Shown in pieces: positions 38,910 through 47,265 of a DNA stretch of 47,837 nt (position 1 is its first letter; each line of letters starts with the position of its first letter). The position numbers and the translations under genes are program-made. The DNA is taken from positions 1 to 47,837 of the forward strand of contig SOKG01000164.1 in the NCBI GenBank assembly GCA_004376205.1, written 5' to 3'. This stretch comes from Dehalococcoidia bacterium (GTDB lineage: Bacteria > Chloroflexota > Dehalococcoidia > SZUA-161). The notes beneath the pieces were generated by a model. That model was not told the origin of the DNA, did not search any database, and saw nothing but the letters and a program-made list of their open reading frames with translations.

Positions 38910-39935
38910 GTGTTACAGGAGGCTATAACTCCCAGGATAGAATGTGAAGATAGCTCCGAGAATTACGGAAAGTTCGTTGTCGAGCCCTTAGACCCCGGAT
39001 TCGGGGTCACCTTGGGCAATAGCCTACGCCGCGTGCTGCTCAGCTCGCTTCTGGGAGCGGCAGTGACCGCGGTCAAGATCGAGGGGGTACAGCATGAGTT
39101 TGCAACCATACCCCGCGTAAAGGAAGATGTTATAGAATTTCTACTCAATGTCAAGGAGCTGCGACTTAAGGCTCTCTCCGATCGGCCGGGGAGATTATTC
39201 CTCGAGGTTACGGGTGAGGGGACTGTTTGTGCTGGTGACATTAAGCCCTCTGCCGACTTCGAAATAGTGAACCCTGAACTCCATCTAGCCACACTTGATT
39301 CGCCAGATGCTTACCTGGACGTTGTGTTCTACGTGGAGCAGGGTAAGGGGTACGTGCCTGCTGGTCGTGGTGATGGTCTGCCTCTCGGGGTCATACCGGT
39401 GGACGCTATTTACACCCCGGTGCGCAGGGTGAATTACAGTGTGGAGAAAACCCGTGTTGGTCAGGTGAGCAACTACGACCGACTAATCTTGGAGCTGTGG
39501 ACCGATGGCACCACTTCGCCAAGCGAAGCACTCTCAGGGAGCGCTGAGATTTTAGTCAGCCACTTCTCACTGTTCTACGGCTTGGGCAAGGCCCCAGTAG
39601 AGGGCGAAAAGCTGGTTGCTCCCGCTATCCCGCCGGAGCAATACGAGATACCATTGGAACAACTTGGGCTTTCAGCGCGCACTTTTAACTCCTTGCGCCG
39701 AAGCGGCATCACCAAAGTTGGGGAGCTCCTGGAGAAGAGCGATGACGAGTTGCTTGGGCTGAGGAGCTTCGGCCAGAAGTCTCTGGACGAGGTGAAGGAG
39801 CGACTTGAAGCACATGACCTGCGTCCTCCCCCCTCGGAGGAGGAGATAGAATCGCCCGAGGGTGAAATTGAGACCGGTGCTGAGGAAGCCGGGAGTGGCG
39901 AAGACATAGGCCACGTGGAGAATTGGTCTGCTTAA
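38910..39935 (+). CDS. rpoA: DNA-directed RNA polymerase alpha subunit
   Basis: GVTLGNSLRRVLLSSL and CTD LSARTFNSLRRSGI. Acidic C-terminal tail. Confidence 0.96.
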   Translation: MLQEAITPRIECEDSSENYGKFVVEPLDPGFGVTLGNSLRRVLLSSLLGAAVTAVKIEGVQHEFATIPRVKEDVIEFLLNVKELRLKALSDRPGRLFLEVTGEGTVCAGDIKPSADFEIVNPELHLATLDSPDAYLDVVFYVEQGKGYVPAGRGDGLPLGVIPVDAIYTPVRRVNYSVEKTRVGQVSNYDRLILELWTDGTTSPSEALSGSAEILVSHFSLFYGLGKAPVEGEKLVAPAIPPEQYEIPLEQLGLSARTFNSLRRSGITKVGELLEKSDDELLGLRSFGQKSLDEVKERLEAHDLRPPPSEEEIESPEGEIETGAEEAGSGEDIGHVENWSA

Positions 39936-39962
39936 GGATGGTTTTTATCCAGTGAGGAGAAG

Positions 39963-40313
39963 ATGAGACACAGGGTAGCTGGTCGTAAACTCTCCAGGCC
40001 AACGGGCCATAGGAAGGCGCTTTACAGGAACTTGGTAACTGACCTCCTGCGCTATGAGAAGATCGTTACCACCCAGGCCAAGGCTAAGGAGGCAGGGCCT
40101 CTGGCGGAGAAGGTGATCACCTGGGGCAAGCAGGGGTCCTTACATGCTCGCCGCCAGGCCCTCTCGTTTGTGAGGGACAAGGACGTGGTAGACAAGGTAT
40201 TCTCCGAGATCGGCCCGAGGTATGCCGATAGGCCAGGTGGCTACACCAGGGTGATCAAGCTGGGGCCTCGGTTGGGAGACGGAGCTCCCATGGCACAATT
40301 GGAACTGGTTTAG
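39963..40313 (+). CDS. rplQ: 50S ribosomal protein L17
   Basis: [20 protein letters not shown]. Confidence 0.96.
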   Translation: MRHRVAGRKLSRPTGHRKALYRNLVTDLLRYEKIVTTQAKAKEAGPLAEKVITWGKQGSLHARRQALSFVRDKDVVDKVFSEIGPRYADRPGGYTRVIKLGPRLGDGAPMAQLELV

Positions 40314-41099
40314 ATGGAGTCGCCGCCACCCAGTAATCTGGCACTGGTTGTTGAATATGAGGGAACGAGGTATCACGGATTTCAATATCAAGTTGGTGTG
40401 CCAACGATTCAAGGGGAAATAGAGCGCGCTCTGGTGAAGGCAACCGGGGAGAGGATTCGAATAGTAGGAGCTGGCCGTACTGATGCGGGGGTTCATGCCA
40501 AGGGACAGGTTGTTAGTTTCGGTACTTTCTCAAACCTGCATCCCCAGACTTTGGTCAGGGCTCTGAACTTCTATCTTTGGCCGGATATCGCCGTTAAGGC
40601 TGTCAGTAGGGTGGAAAGCGATTTTAATGCAAGGAGGAACGCACTCAGTCGGGAATATCGCTATGGGATCTTAAATAGCCCGGCACCGTCTCCTTTGCAC
40701 CAGAGATATGCTTATTATGTGCCGGCGGCACTTGATATCGATGCCATGAACCACGTCTGCCAGTATCTTGTAGGGAGCCATGATTTCGCTTCGTTCACCG
40801 GCCCGACTGGTCGGAGGACGGTGCGCCAGGTCTATAAAGCGGAGGTATTAGTGGAGGAGGAGTTGGTGTTTTTCGATATGGTGGCTAACGCTTTCTTGCC
40901 CAAGCAAGTGCGTTGCACGGTGGGCTCTCTGATTAGAGTTGGGTTGGGCAAGCTAACGGCAGAAGAGTTTGAGGAGATAATGCAGGCGAGAAGGCCTGGA
41001 TTGGCGGCACCTGTAGTGCCCCCTCACGGCCTTTGTTTGATGAAGGTGAACTATGCCGAGAACAAGCTCGGTAAGGGGCGGTTAGATGAGAACCTATAG
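40314..41099 (+). CDS. truA: tRNA pseudouridine(38-40) synthase TruA
   Basis: [15 protein letters not shown] catalytic motif. truA-rplM-rpsI order. Confidence 0.92.
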   Translation: MESPPPSNLALVVEYEGTRYHGFQYQVGVPTIQGEIERALVKATGERIRIVGAGRTDAGVHAKGQVVSFGTFSNLHPQTLVRALNFYLWPDIAVKAVSRVESDFNARRNALSREYRYGILNSPAPSPLHQRYAYYVPAALDIDAMNHVCQYLVGSHDFASFTGPTGRRTVRQVYKAEVLVEEELVFFDMVANAFLPKQVRCTVGSLIRVGLGKLTAEEFEEIMQARRPGLAAPVVPPHGLCLMKVNYAENKLGKGRLDENL

Positions 41100-41517
41100 C
41101 ACCAAAGCCTCCGATATCGAGCGGGAGTGGTGGGTTATGGATGCCTCGGGGAAAATCTTGGGCAGGTTGGCATCGGAGGTTGCAAGGCTGCTCAAGGGTA
41201 AACATAAGCCGATCTACTCGCCCCATCTCGATGTCGGCGACTATGTTGTTGTGGTAAATGCGGCTAAAGTGAGGGTAACGGGCAACAAGCTCACCCAGAA
41301 GATTTACTATCGTCATTCCCAATATCCGGGAGGTCTGAAAAGCACCAGCCTGAAAAGGATGATGGAGACTTATCCCACCAGGGTAATCGAGCATGCGGTA
41401 AAGGGCATGTTGCCGCACAATCGGCTGGGTGCTGCCATGTTTAAGAAGCTTAAGGTCTATCCTGGGGCTGAGCATCCCCATCAGGCCCAGGTTAAGGTGA
41501 CCGAGAAGGAGAGTTAG
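41086..41517 (+). CDS. rplM: 50S ribosomal protein L13
   Basis: [19 protein letters not shown]. Confidence 0.96.
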   Translation: MRTYSTKASDIEREWWVMDASGKILGRLASEVARLLKGKHKPIYSPHLDVGDYVVVVNAAKVRVTGNKLTQKIYYRHSQYPGGLKSTSLKRMMETYPTRVIEHAVKGMLPHNRLGAAMFKKLKVYPGAEHPHQAQVKVTEKES

Positions 41518-41518
41518 C

Positions 41519-41914
41519 TTGAGCGAGCAAGCCTATTTTCGTGGCACAGGGCGAAGAAAGACAGCAGTGGCTCAGGTGAGGCTGATGGCAGGCAACGGCG
41601 CCATCATAGTCAATGGTAAGCCGTTCGAGGATATTTTCGGCATACCGCGGTTGCAGTCTACCATCCTTGAGCCGCTCAGGGTTACCGACACCCTGGATAA
41701 ATTCAATGCTATAGTCAAAGTAGGAGGTGGCGGCATCTCAGCTCAGGCCGGAGCCATTTGCCATGGCATAAGCCGTGCCCTGCTCATAATGGATGAAAGC
41801 CTTAGGCCGCTCCTTCGCAGCCACGGGCTACTCACCAGGGACGCCCGAGCGAAGGAACGGAAGAAGTACGGGCTGAAGAGGGCTCGCAAGGCACGCCAGT
41901 ACCGCAAGAGATAG
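41519..41914 (+). CDS. rpsI: 30S ribosomal protein S9
   Basis: GTGRRKTAVAQVRL and C-terminal ARQYRKR. TTG start. Confidence 0.95.
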   Translation: MSEQAYFRGTGRRKTAVAQVRLMAGNGAIIVNGKPFEDIFGIPRLQSTILEPLRVTDTLDKFNAIVKVGGGGISAQAGAICHGISRALLIMDESLRPLLRSHGLLTRDARAKERKKYGLKRARKARQYRKR

Positions 41915-41971
41915 TATCTGCTGAATAGAGCGTACACAAGCTGACTTTGATGTGCTCTTTGGGCAACTTGC

Positions 41972-42020
41972 CTGGAGGGCACATTTTGTACTGAGCAAGC
42001 TAGGGGCAATTGCCCTCCAG
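41972..42020. repeat. Inverted repeat between convergent genes (possible bidirectional stop signal)
   Basis: CTGGAGGGCA ... 29 nt ... TGCCCTCCAG. Overlaps the 12-nt palindrome GGGCAATTGCCC. There is no flanking T-run on either strand. Confidence 0.35.
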
Positions 42021-42047
42021 TTCCCCCAGTGCGGAACAGCAGGGGCT

Positions 42048-42614
42048 CTATTCTTGGGCTAGCCTTTTGCCCAGTTCAAACGCGTCTGATAGCGCGGTTG
42101 GGTGCTCCTTGATCTCGCCTCTGTCATCAACACCACGGACGAGCAGTTCCTCGGCATAGTCGACGCCGATAGCCTGGAAGAAGTATTTCACCGTCAATAT
42201 AGAGCCATCAAATAGCTGCTTGCCCCTGGTGGCTCCTACAGCGATAAATGCCCCCCTTCTCGCAGAGTCTGGCGGGCTCTGCTTGAGGACGTATCTTCTT
42301 GCCCACAGTGCCTGGCAACGATCGATGAGCGCCTTTACCTGGGCGGTAATGCCGTAGAAAAACATGGGTGAGGCAACTATCACAATATCTGCCTCGAGGA
42401 GCTTGGGATATATGTCATCCATATCGTCTCGAATGACACAATTGCCGTCCCTGAGGCAACCATAGTATTCTCGGCACGGGGCTATCTTGAGCTTATCGAC
42501 CATGATCTTCTCGGTCTCTGCTCCTTGGCTCTGTGCTCCCCTGAAGGCCTCGTCCAGCAATAGGTCCGTATTACCGCTTATCCTCGGGCTTCCCATGATG
42601 CCCAGTGCCTTCAA
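42048..42614 (-). CDS. Flavodoxin-like NAD(P)H-dependent FMN reductase (Isf-like)
   Basis: KALGIMGSPRISGNT and PCREYYGCLRDGNC (3 of the 4 Isf-type Cys). The likely start is TTG 42614 after GGAGGT. The ORF is open to 42626. Confidence 0.8.
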   Translation of the reverse strand: MKALGIMGSPRISGNTDLLLDEAFRGAQSQGAETEKIMVDKLKIAPCREYYGCLRDGNCVIRDDMDDIYPKLLEADIVIVASPMFFYGITAQVKALIDRCQALWARRYVLKQSPPDSARRGAFIAVGATRGKQLFDGSILTVKYFFQAIGVDYAEELLVRGVDDRGEIKEHPTALSDAFELGKRLAQE

Positions 42615-42647
42615 GTGTACCTCCAAGCCTCGTTAACTACAATAGCA

Positions 42648-42676
42648 ATACTAGGCACATGCTATCTGGTTGTCAA
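42648..42676 (-). promoter_or_regulatory. Candidate promoter for the flavoprotein gene
   Basis: Minus strand TTGACA-N17-TAGTAT. Confidence 0.5.
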
Positions 42677-42721
42677 CAAACGTAGGCGTTGAGCCGAGAG
42701 CTGAACACTTGTGATTAGGCT

Positions 42722-42750
42722 TTGCTATTAGCAACCCGAAAGTTTATAAT
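42722..42750 (+). promoter_or_regulatory. Candidate promoter for the HD-domain gene
   Basis: TTGCTA-N17-TATAAT, about 40 nt before ATG 42792. Confidence 0.5.
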
Positions 42751-42791
42751 CTTGCATCGGCTGGTCGTCAGAGCGAAGGGGGTGCACCAAA

Positions 42792-43358
42792 ATGCAGGAA
42801 CACACACCGACATATGATGAAGCGCTGTCCCTTCTCAAGGAGTTTAACGACAGTGAAAGCCTGTTGAAGCATGCCTATTGCGTTGAGGGAGTGATGCGCT
42901 ACATGGCCCGTAAGATGGGAGAGGATGAGGAGAAGTGGGGCATCATTGGACTGGTGCATGACCTGGACTATGGACGTTTTCCGGAGCAGCACTGCAAGAA
43001 ATCGCAGGAGATATTGGAGGAACGTGGTTGGCCGAAGGAGTACGTACGAGCGATTGTATCTCACGGATGGGGCATTTGCAGTGACGTTGAGCCGCAAACT
43101 AGTATGGAGAAGACGCTTTATGCTGTCGATGAACTGACTGGGCTCATTACAGCAGTGGCCATAATCCGACCATCGAAAACCGTGGCGGACCTGGAGGTAA
43201 AGTCGGTGATGAAGAAATGGAAGGACAGGTCATTCGCTGCAGGTGTAAACCGCTCGGTAATTGAGAAGGGGACAGCGATGTTAGGTGTGGAGCTGGGAGA
43301 TCTGGTCGGCGACGTGATTATGGGTATGCGCGAGGTAGCTGACAGGATAGGGCTTTAG
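42792..43358 (+). CDS. HD/HDIG-domain metal-dependent phosphohydrolase
   Basis: LLKHAYCVEG ... GLVHDLDY HD motif. 188 aa. Confidence 0.8.
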   Translation: MQEHTPTYDEALSLLKEFNDSESLLKHAYCVEGVMRYMARKMGEDEEKWGIIGLVHDLDYGRFPEQHCKKSQEILEERGWPKEYVRAIVSHGWGICSDVEPQTSMEKTLYAVDELTGLITAVAIIRPSKTVADLEVKSVMKKWKDRSFAAGVNRSVIEKGTAMLGVELGDLVGDVIMGMREVADRIGL

Positions 43359-43388
43359 GAGAGGAAAATGAGGACGGAGGATTAGCGA

Positions 43389-44963
43389 ATGAAAGTAAGC
43401 CGAGTTGAGGAGATGAGGAATCTGGACCGCAGGGCCACGGAGGAGTTTGGCATCACCGAGCAGATTCTGATGGAAAATGCGGGTGAGGCCTCGTATTTTG
43501 TCATTTTGAAGGAAATTGGCGTGAAGGGGAGGAGGTTTGTCCTTCTCTGCGGCGTTGGTAACAACGGAGGGGATGGATTTGTGGTCGGCAGGAAGATTCA
43601 CTCGATGGGTGGAGAGGCAAGGGTCTTTCTGCTGGGAGACAGGGATAAGCTGAGCGGAGCTGCAAAGAGCAATTTTGACATCATTTCCAGGATGCCAATA
43701 GAGGTCCACGACGTCGAGTCGATCGACCAACTGGAAGGAGCTACATTCCACTGCGATGCCATCGTCGATGCCATATTCGGAACCGGTCTCATGAGGGAGA
43801 CCTCAGGAATATATAAGGATGCCATTGAGTTGATAAATGAGAGCAAGAAAAAGGTTTTCAGCCTCGACATCCCTTCGGGCGTAAACGGTGATACGGGGGA
43901 GGTGATGGGCGCGGCTGTACAGAGCGACTACACTATAAGCTATGGACTTCCCAAAGTAGGCAACATGCTCTATCCGGGCTTCGACTTATGCGGCAAGCTC
44001 TACGTATCTCATATTTCCTTCCCCCCGTCGCTTTGTGAAGCAGATTCCATAAAAGTCCATGTAAATGATCTTGTCAGACTCCCTCAAAGGTATAAGGACA
44101 CTCATAAAGGGAGCTATGGCAGGGCTCTCTTCATCTCCGGCTCTTCAAGCTACTTTGGCGCGCCTTATTTCTCAGCTCTTTCCTTTCTCAAAGCTGGCGG
44201 GGGGCTTTCTTACCTTGCCACACCGCAGTCCCTCTCACCATTCTTGGCAAGCAAAGGAAGCGAGGTAGTCTTTCTTCCTCAGAGAGAGACGGGTTCGGGA
44301 AGTCTAGCCCTGGAAAGCAAGGAGGAACTCCTGGAGTTCTCGAAGAGTGTAAACATGGTCATTCTGGGCCCTGGCCTCTCTCTGGACTCGGAGACTCAGG
44401 AGTTGGTGAGGGAACTGGCGAAGCGGATCGAGGTCCCTTTGCTCATAGACGGCGATGGGATCACCGCAATCGCTGGCGAGATAGAGCTTGTCAGAGCGAG
44501 GGAGGCACCGACGATACTTACGCCACACAGCGGCGAGATGGCCCGGATCACCAAGATGGGAGTAAGTGAAGTAGACAAAGATAGGATAAATGTGCTTCAG
44601 GAAACGGCCAGGGAGTTGAACGCTATCATTGTGCTCAAAGGAGCCCACTCGCTCATAGGCTACCCCGATGAGACGGTGTACATCAACACCAGCGGGAACC
44701 CTGGAATGGCCACGGCTGGAAGTGGGGATGCACTCACCGGTGCAATTGCAGCCATGTATGGGCTGGGATTACCCATTGGGGAGGCTGTGAGAATGGGTGT
44801 CTTTATGCATGGACTCTCCGGGGACTTGGCCGCTGGAGAAAAGGGGGAGGACGGCATAACAGCGCAGGACATCGTGGATTATCTGCCTAACGCCTTGAGA
44901 TATTACCGCGCGAACTTCGAGGAACTCTCAGAAAACTTCTATGAAAGCATCTATGTAGTATAG
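43389..44963 (+). CDS. nnr: Bifunctional NAD(P)H-hydrate repair enzyme Nnr (epimerase + ADP-dependent dehydratase)
   Basis: N-terminal YjeF_N (LCGVGNNGGDG) and C-terminal carbohydrate-kinase-like domain (GSGDALTG). 524 aa. Confidence 0.92.
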   Translation: MKVSRVEEMRNLDRRATEEFGITEQILMENAGEASYFVILKEIGVKGRRFVLLCGVGNNGGDGFVVGRKIHSMGGEARVFLLGDRDKLSGAAKSNFDIISRMPIEVHDVESIDQLEGATFHCDAIVDAIFGTGLMRETSGIYKDAIELINESKKKVFSLDIPSGVNGDTGEVMGAAVQSDYTISYGLPKVGNMLYPGFDLCGKLYVSHISFPPSLCEADSIKVHVNDLVRLPQRYKDTHKGSYGRALFISGSSSYFGAPYFSALSFLKAGGGLSYLATPQSLSPFLASKGSEVVFLPQRETGSGSLALESKEELLEFSKSVNMVILGPGLSLDSETQELVRELAKRIEVPLLIDGDGITAIAGEIELVRAREAPTILTPHSGEMARITKMGVSEVDKDRINVLQETARELNAIIVLKGAHSLIGYPDETVYINTSGNPGMATAGSGDALTGAIAAMYGLGLPIGEAVRMGVFMHGLSGDLAAGEKGEDGITAQDIVDYLPNALRYYRANFEELSENFYESIYVV

Positions 44964-45005
44964 CAGCAAATCTGTACGGCTTTGCACGCTGAACCTGATG
45001 GGGGT

Positions 45006-45584
45006 TCAAGGGCCTCTCACTACCTCCAACCAACGGTTGAGTTCACTATAGAACGCGAGTGACTTCTCGTCATATTGTGCCGGCATAAGAGATGCCTCAG
45101 AGGGATGATAGATCTGTTCTTCACCACAAGGATTTATGGGGAGCACTGTATCACTAGCGCCATCCCATTCCTCGTTCACATGTAGACCCAATTTCTTGAG
45201 CCCGGGATCCACTGTGGCATCCACGAGAACGAGTTTTCCATCTATATCCACCATGCAGGCCAGGTGATGACTTGTGGGCAGCTCTCTGGCCAGACTTATG
45301 AGCTGAGGCGGATAGTCTATTTCAACCTCGTCCCATCTGAAGGGATAGACTGCATATAAAACTTGCATTCCAAGTCTTTGATACATATCGCAGAGGAGAA
45401 AGTGCTTTGGCGTGCATGAGCCTTTCCCGAGGTTGAGTATTTCTACATATCTTTTGGAATCAGCAAGCTCGGGAATAGTGGCGTAAGGTATGTCTCTTAT
45501 CCTCTCGAAGATGCTCACCCTCGCCTCGACGGCGTTTTTCCCCTCGGTCCACTCCCTGAGCTTTTCCTCAATAACCTCAGCCAT
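45006..45584 (-). CDS. Transglutaminase-like cysteine-protease-fold protein
   Basis: Putative Cys-His-Asp triad: GKGSCTPKHF, TSHHLACMV, LVDATVD. The start is set at MAEVIEEK (45584) to avoid overlapping the upstream gene. Confidence 0.65.
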   Translation of the reverse strand: MAEVIEEKLREWTEGKNAVEARVSIFERIRDIPYATIPELADSKRYVEILNLGKGSCTPKHFLLCDMYQRLGMQVLYAVYPFRWDEVEIDYPPQLISLARELPTSHHLACMVDIDGKLVLVDATVDPGLKKLGLHVNEEWDGASDTVLPINPCGEEQIYHPSEASLMPAQYDEKSLAFYSELNRWLEVVRGP

Positions 45585-45597
45585 GATCAAGAAGAAA

Positions 45598-46239
45598 TCA
45601 GCGCGCCCTTCTTTCGACAGTAAAGCCCAGCAGGCGCAACTCCGCAATCAGGTTTGTGGGATCCTCTGAACTCAGATGGACGACGAAGCTATTTGCTTCT
45701 CGCTCAGGTATAGGAAGCATGAACATGGTTATTACATCCAGGCCGAGTTTGTTTATGGCAGCGACCACCCTTTCAACATCTCTAGTCCCTTGACAGTTCC
45801 GGATCACAAGCCGGGAGCCGGGGTCATCTATTCCCAAGATAGGGTTCAGGATCTTGTAGAAGAAATCGTTAGTAGTGGCTATTCCGACAAGCCTGCCGTC
45901 ATCCACCACGAGCAGGGCTCCCACTTTCTTCTGCTGCGCCAGCGTCACCGCCTCCTCCACTGTGGCATCAGGGCTGACCGTTACCAGTTCCTTGACCATG
46001 ACCTCCTTGACTGTAACCTTGTTCAATAGACGGGTGATATCATGAATGTTGAAGCTGTCAAGCCGGGAAGGAGCAGCCCTGTCGAGCGCATCGCGGGTGA
46101 CTATGCCTATCAATAGTCCCTTATCTACTACAGGCAAGCGACGCAGGCGACGGGCATCCATTATCCTTCTGGCCTCAGCGAGTGACGTACTGCTGGGGAT
46201 GGTAGTGACGTTGCAGGTCATTACATCGCTCATAAACAT
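45598..46239 (-). CDS. CBS-pair + ACT-like domain protein (AcuB-like)
   Basis: Two CBS repeats (RRLPVVDKGLLIGIVT, GALLVVDDGRLVGIAT) plus a C-terminal region of about 70 aa. Confidence 0.75.
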   Translation of the reverse strand: MFMSDVMTCNVTTIPSSTSLAEARRIMDARRLRRLPVVDKGLLIGIVTRDALDRAAPSRLDSFNIHDITRLLNKVTVKEVMVKELVTVSPDATVEEAVTLAQQKKVGALLVVDDGRLVGIATTNDFFYKILNPILGIDDPGSRLVIRNCQGTRDVERVVAAINKLGLDVITMFMLPIPEREANSFVVHLSSEDPTNLIAELRLLGFTVERRAR

Positions 46240-46307
46240 TGCCGGCCTCCGTTGTAGTAACTACCTGTCTCTTATGACCCCGGTGGGATACGGTCTTGTG
46301 TAGTCGA

Positions 46308-46337
46308 ATTCTATGCTCTAAAGGAATAGCGTGTCAA
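46308..46337 (-). promoter_or_regulatory. Candidate promoter for the CBS/transglutaminase-like pair
   Basis: Minus strand TTGACA-N18-TAGAAT. Confidence 0.45.
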
Positions 46338-46396
46338 GGGCCTGTACTCGTCCGTCCACTTGTTGACATAACTCTAGGCGGGGATAGACCTGGGGA

Positions 46397-47092
46397 TTAC
46401 CGGGCTTCTAGCGCCTGCTTTTCAACAGACGCAGCAACACTCTCAGGAGGTGTCAACGTCTTGATAGGTGTGAGCCTCAGGTGGAAATCAACCTCATATG
46501 TTTTCACTTCCACGAATGCCAGGTTCTTCACAGCATACTCTAATGCCGAGTCTGTCTTTTTGGTGATTATTATTCCTCTAACGTTCTGACTTTCGGCAGC
46601 GACCTTCTCCCTGACCCAGCTAGCGTATCGCAGGAGTTGTCCCACCGTGGAATCGCTGGTATCTCCTCTCTTCAATTGAATTATGACTAAATCGTTTGTG
46701 TCTCTATCGCGTGCCAGGAAATCTATAGTCCAAGCCCCTGCCGGAAATCGCCTGCCGCCGTGCCTGTCGGTTTGGTAGAGTTCGAGTGCTGAGCCCCAAT
46801 CAATACTCGACCAGTTCCGATAAATGAATTCCTCCAGGCTGTAGAATCCCACACGCCAGGTCCAGTGCGCAACTCGTGCGTTGAAGTCAAACTTATCCTG
46901 TGGAAACTTGGCAGTCAACAGGACAGCGAAATAGGACAGGACATTAGCAACTATAAATACGAGTGCTAGTAGTGTAAGGACGACAAGACGTGGAGTGAGC
47001 AATAACCACTTGAGAAGCGATAGCCAGAATGACGGCCGTTCTTTGAGCCGCCCGCTGTCGAAGACTGAGAGGATCCCTATTTCTTGTGCCAT
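46397..47092 (-). CDS. Membrane protein: DUF4389-like N-terminus fused to NucS/PD-(D/E)xK-like nuclease domain
   Basis: AGGAGG lies 6 nt before ATG 47092. The TM pair plus YFAVLLTAKFPQDKFDF is DUF4389-like. IDFLARDRDTNDLVIIQLKRG...VGQLLRY...VRGIIIT resembles the NucS C-terminal domain. Confidence 0.65.
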   Translation of the reverse strand: MAQEIGILSVFDSGRLKERPSFWLSLLKWLLLTPRLVVLTLLALVFIVANVLSYFAVLLTAKFPQDKFDFNARVAHWTWRVGFYSLEEFIYRNWSSIDWGSALELYQTDRHGGRRFPAGAWTIDFLARDRDTNDLVIIQLKRGDTSDSTVGQLLRYASWVREKVAAESQNVRGIIITKKTDSALEYAVKNLAFVEVKTYEVDFHLRLTPIKTLTPPESVAASVEKQALEAR

Positions 47093-47265
47093 ACCCCACC
47101 TCCTTAGTTGCATGCCATAAGCGGGATCTCCAATAACTGCTGTGGCAATGCTAGTCTACTGCTCTCCGTCTGTCAAGCTCTCTCGGTTACATGAAATAGT
47201 GGATTGTTCGAACTATAAGCCTTTTGAGATCAGCATACGTCCTGTATAATATAAACGGCAGGGAT

